Made by a program: the position numbers and the translations under genes. The notes beneath the pieces were generated by a model. It was not told where the DNA came from. It saw only the letters and a list, made by a program, of their open reading frames with translations, and searched no databases. A DNA stretch of 64,000 bases from Felis catus (taxonomy: Eukaryota). Within the stretch, counting starts at the first letter, position 1. Each line of letters opens with the position of its first letter. Positions 61,630 through 64,000 of this stretch are shown here, in pieces. Location of the stretch: contig NC_058368.1 in NCBI RefSeq assembly GCF_018350175.1, positions 213,096,001 through 213,160,000 on the forward strand. Reading direction: 5' to 3'.

Positions 61630-62963
61630 AAAAAAGGTAAAATTTTTAAATTTACATCCAAGTTAGTTAGCTTATAGTGCAACAATGATTTCAGGAGTAG
61701 ATTCCTTAATGCCCCTTACCCATTTAGCCCATCCCCTCTCCCACAACCCCTCCAGCAACCCTCTGTTTGTTCTCCATATTTAAGAGTCTCTTATGTTTTG
61801 TCTCCCTTCCTGTTTTTATATTATTTTTGCTTCCCTTCCCTTATGTTCATCTGTTTTGTCTCTTAAAGTCCTCATATGAGTGAAGTCAAATGATATTTGT
61901 CTTTCTGACTGACTAATTTCACTTAGCATAATACCCTCCAGTTCCATCCACATAGTCGCAAATGGCAAGATTTCATTCTTTCTGATTGCCGAGTAATACT
62001 CCATTGTTTATATATACCACATCTTCTGTATCCATTCATCCATCGATGGACATTTGGACTCTTTCCATACTTTGGCTATTGTAGATAGTGTTGCTATAAA
62101 CATTGGGGTGCATGTGCCCCTTCGAAACAGCATACATGTATCCCTTGGATAAATACCTAGTAGTGCAATTGCTGGGTCATAGGGTAGTTCTGTTTTTAGT
62201 TTTTTGAGGAACCTCCATACTGTTTTCCAGAGTGGCTGCACCAGTTTGCAATCCCACCAGCAGTGCAAAAGAGATCCTCTTTCTCTGCATCCTAGCCAAC
62301 ATCAGTTGTTGCCTGAGTTGTTAATGTTAGCCATTCTGACAGGTGTGAGGTGGTATCTCATTATGGTTTTGATTTGTATTTCCCTGATGGTGAGCGATGT
62401 TGAGCATTTTTTCATGTGTCAGTTGGCCATCTAGATGTCTTCTTTGGAGAAGTGTCTATTCATGTCTTTTGCCCATTTCTTCACTGGATTATTTGTTTTC
62501 TGGGTGTTGAGTTTGAAAAGTTCTTTATAGATTTTGGATACTAATCTTTTATCTGATATGTCATTTGCAGATATCCTCTCCCACTCCATTGGTTGCCTTT
62601 TAGTTTTGCTGTTTGTTTCCTTCGCTGTGCAGAAGCTTTTTATTTTGATGAGGTTCCCAATAGTTCATTTTTGCCTTTGTTTCCCTTGCCTCCTGAGACG
62701 TGTTGAGTAAGAAGTCGCTGCGGCCAAGGTCAAAGAGATTTTTAGTACCATTATTCTTAATAGCCAAATAGTGGAAACAACCCAAATGTCCATCAATTTA
62801 TGAATGATAAACAAGATGAGGTATATTCAAATGGTAGAATATTATTCAATCATAAAAAGGAATGAAGTACCAAAACATGCTACAACATAAAAGAAACTTG
62901 AAAACATTAGACTAAGTGAAAGAAGCCAGATACAAAAAGCTACATATTGTATGATTGCATTTA

Positions 62964-62989
62964 ATTTTTTTAATGTTCATTCATTTTTT

Positions 62990-63021
<32 letters not shown>

Positions 63022-63193
63022 GAATGAGTGGGGGTGGGGCAGAGAACAAGGGAGACACAGAATCTGAAGCAGACTCCGGGTTCTATGCTGACAGCTCAGA
63101 CAGCGATCAACATGGGTCTCAAACCCATGAACCATGAGATTATGATCTGAGTGGAAGTTGGCCACTTAACCGACTGAGCTACCCAGGTGCCCC
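62964..63193 (-). mobile_element. Can-SINE
   Basis: Perfect 16-bp TSD tgtatgattgcattta. Confidence 0.94.
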
Positions 63194-63468
63194 TGTATGA
63201 TTGCATTTACATTAAATGTCCAGTGTAGACAGATCCATAAAGACAGAAAGTAGGTTAGTGGTTGCCAGGACCTCGGAGGAATAGGACATAGGGCATGACT
63301 GCTAATGGGTTCAGGACTTATTAATGCAGTCATGGAAAATGTCCTGAAATTAGATAGCAGTGAGAATTGCACAATTTTATGTATATACTAAAAACCACTG
63401 AATTGAACACTTTGAAAGCATGAGTCTTATAGTAGGTGAATTATATTTTAATTTAAAAATTTAGTTGA

Positions 63469-63688
63469 GGGGTGTCTGGGTGGCTCAGTCAGTTGGGCAT
63501 CAGACTCTTGGTTTTGGCTCAGGTCATAATCTCAGAGTTTGTGGGATCGAGCCCCACATCAGGCTCAAGCACAGAGCCTGCTTGGGATCCTCTCTCCCCT
63601 TCTCTCTCTGTCTCTGCCCCTCTCCCCATGCTTTCTCTCTCTCAGAATACATTAATAAATTAATTTTTTTAATTTTTAATTAAAAAAA
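63469..63688 (+). mobile_element. Can-SINE
   Basis: Full body with tail. Confidence 0.92.
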
Positions 63689-63789
63689 TAGTATAACAGG
63701 GTGAAAGAGATTAGAGATTACCTATGCCAAGAGATCCTTTATTCCCAAAGACATTGCTAATATCTATTCAGTCTTTGTGGTAACCGCAA

Positions 63790-63975
63790 GGATTGTATTG
63801 AGAACTTGCTATGTGCCAAGCAATGTTCCAAGAACTTTATGTGTATTTCCTTTAATGTCCACAACAACCACCTGAACTGAAGAAACTGAGGCTCAGTGAG
63901 GTTATATAACTTGTCCTAGGTCTACACAACTAGTATGTGGTGCAGGTAGGATTTGAACCCACAAAATTTAGCCCT
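63790..63975 (-). mobile_element. MIR
   Basis: tattgag..ctatgtgccaagca..gaaactgaggctcag..ggatttgaaccc. Confidence 0.85.
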
Positions 63976-64000
63976 AGAAGAAACCACTGTATCATAAACT

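Larger units (their letters stand above)
60176..62741 (-). mobile_element. 5'-truncated feliform L1 (body 61648-62741; tail split by younger L1)
   Basis: Antisense ORF2 C-terminus ([14 protein letters not shown]..) and 3'UTR; degenerate TSD tagcagcattatt/tagtaccattatt. Confidence 0.93.
59548..63455 (+). mobile_element. Old L1 (L1MB-like) 3' end, fragmented host of MLT2, L1 and SINE insertions
   Basis: Pieces 59548-59597, 60155-60175 and 62743-63455 are colinear L1 3' sequence. Confidence 0.8.

Overview
Mammalian genomic DNA from a felid, most likely domestic cat or a close relative. The evidence is about 45 carnivore tRNA-derived Can-SINEs, including the young CpG-rich feline type, plus feline L1 3' ends. 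I find no supportable protein-coding exon, structural RNA gene or CRISPR array, so the window looks intergenic or deep-intronic. A large share of it is transposable-element derived: SINEC, L1 of several ages, L2, MIR, HAL1, MaLR/ERVL/ERV1-type LTRs, an ERVL pol remnant, and hAT/Tc2-type DNA transposon fossils. The only long real ORF is the C-terminal part of L1 ORF2 in a 5'-truncated young L1 (60230-61629); the other track ORFs are repeat-derived or chance. I did not find a new biological system. The best observations concern retrotransposition and repair mechanics: a tailless young SINE with a perfect 15-bp TSD, short 3'-transduction-like inserts in an L1 tip and in SINE tails, one target hit three times by SINEs with apparent conversion between the inverted outer copies, a 47-bp L1 piece apparently copied locally into an LTR, and a 7.5-kb stack of nested elements. 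Subfamily names come from recalled consensus features, not a RepeatMasker run, and boundaries of old elements are approximate.
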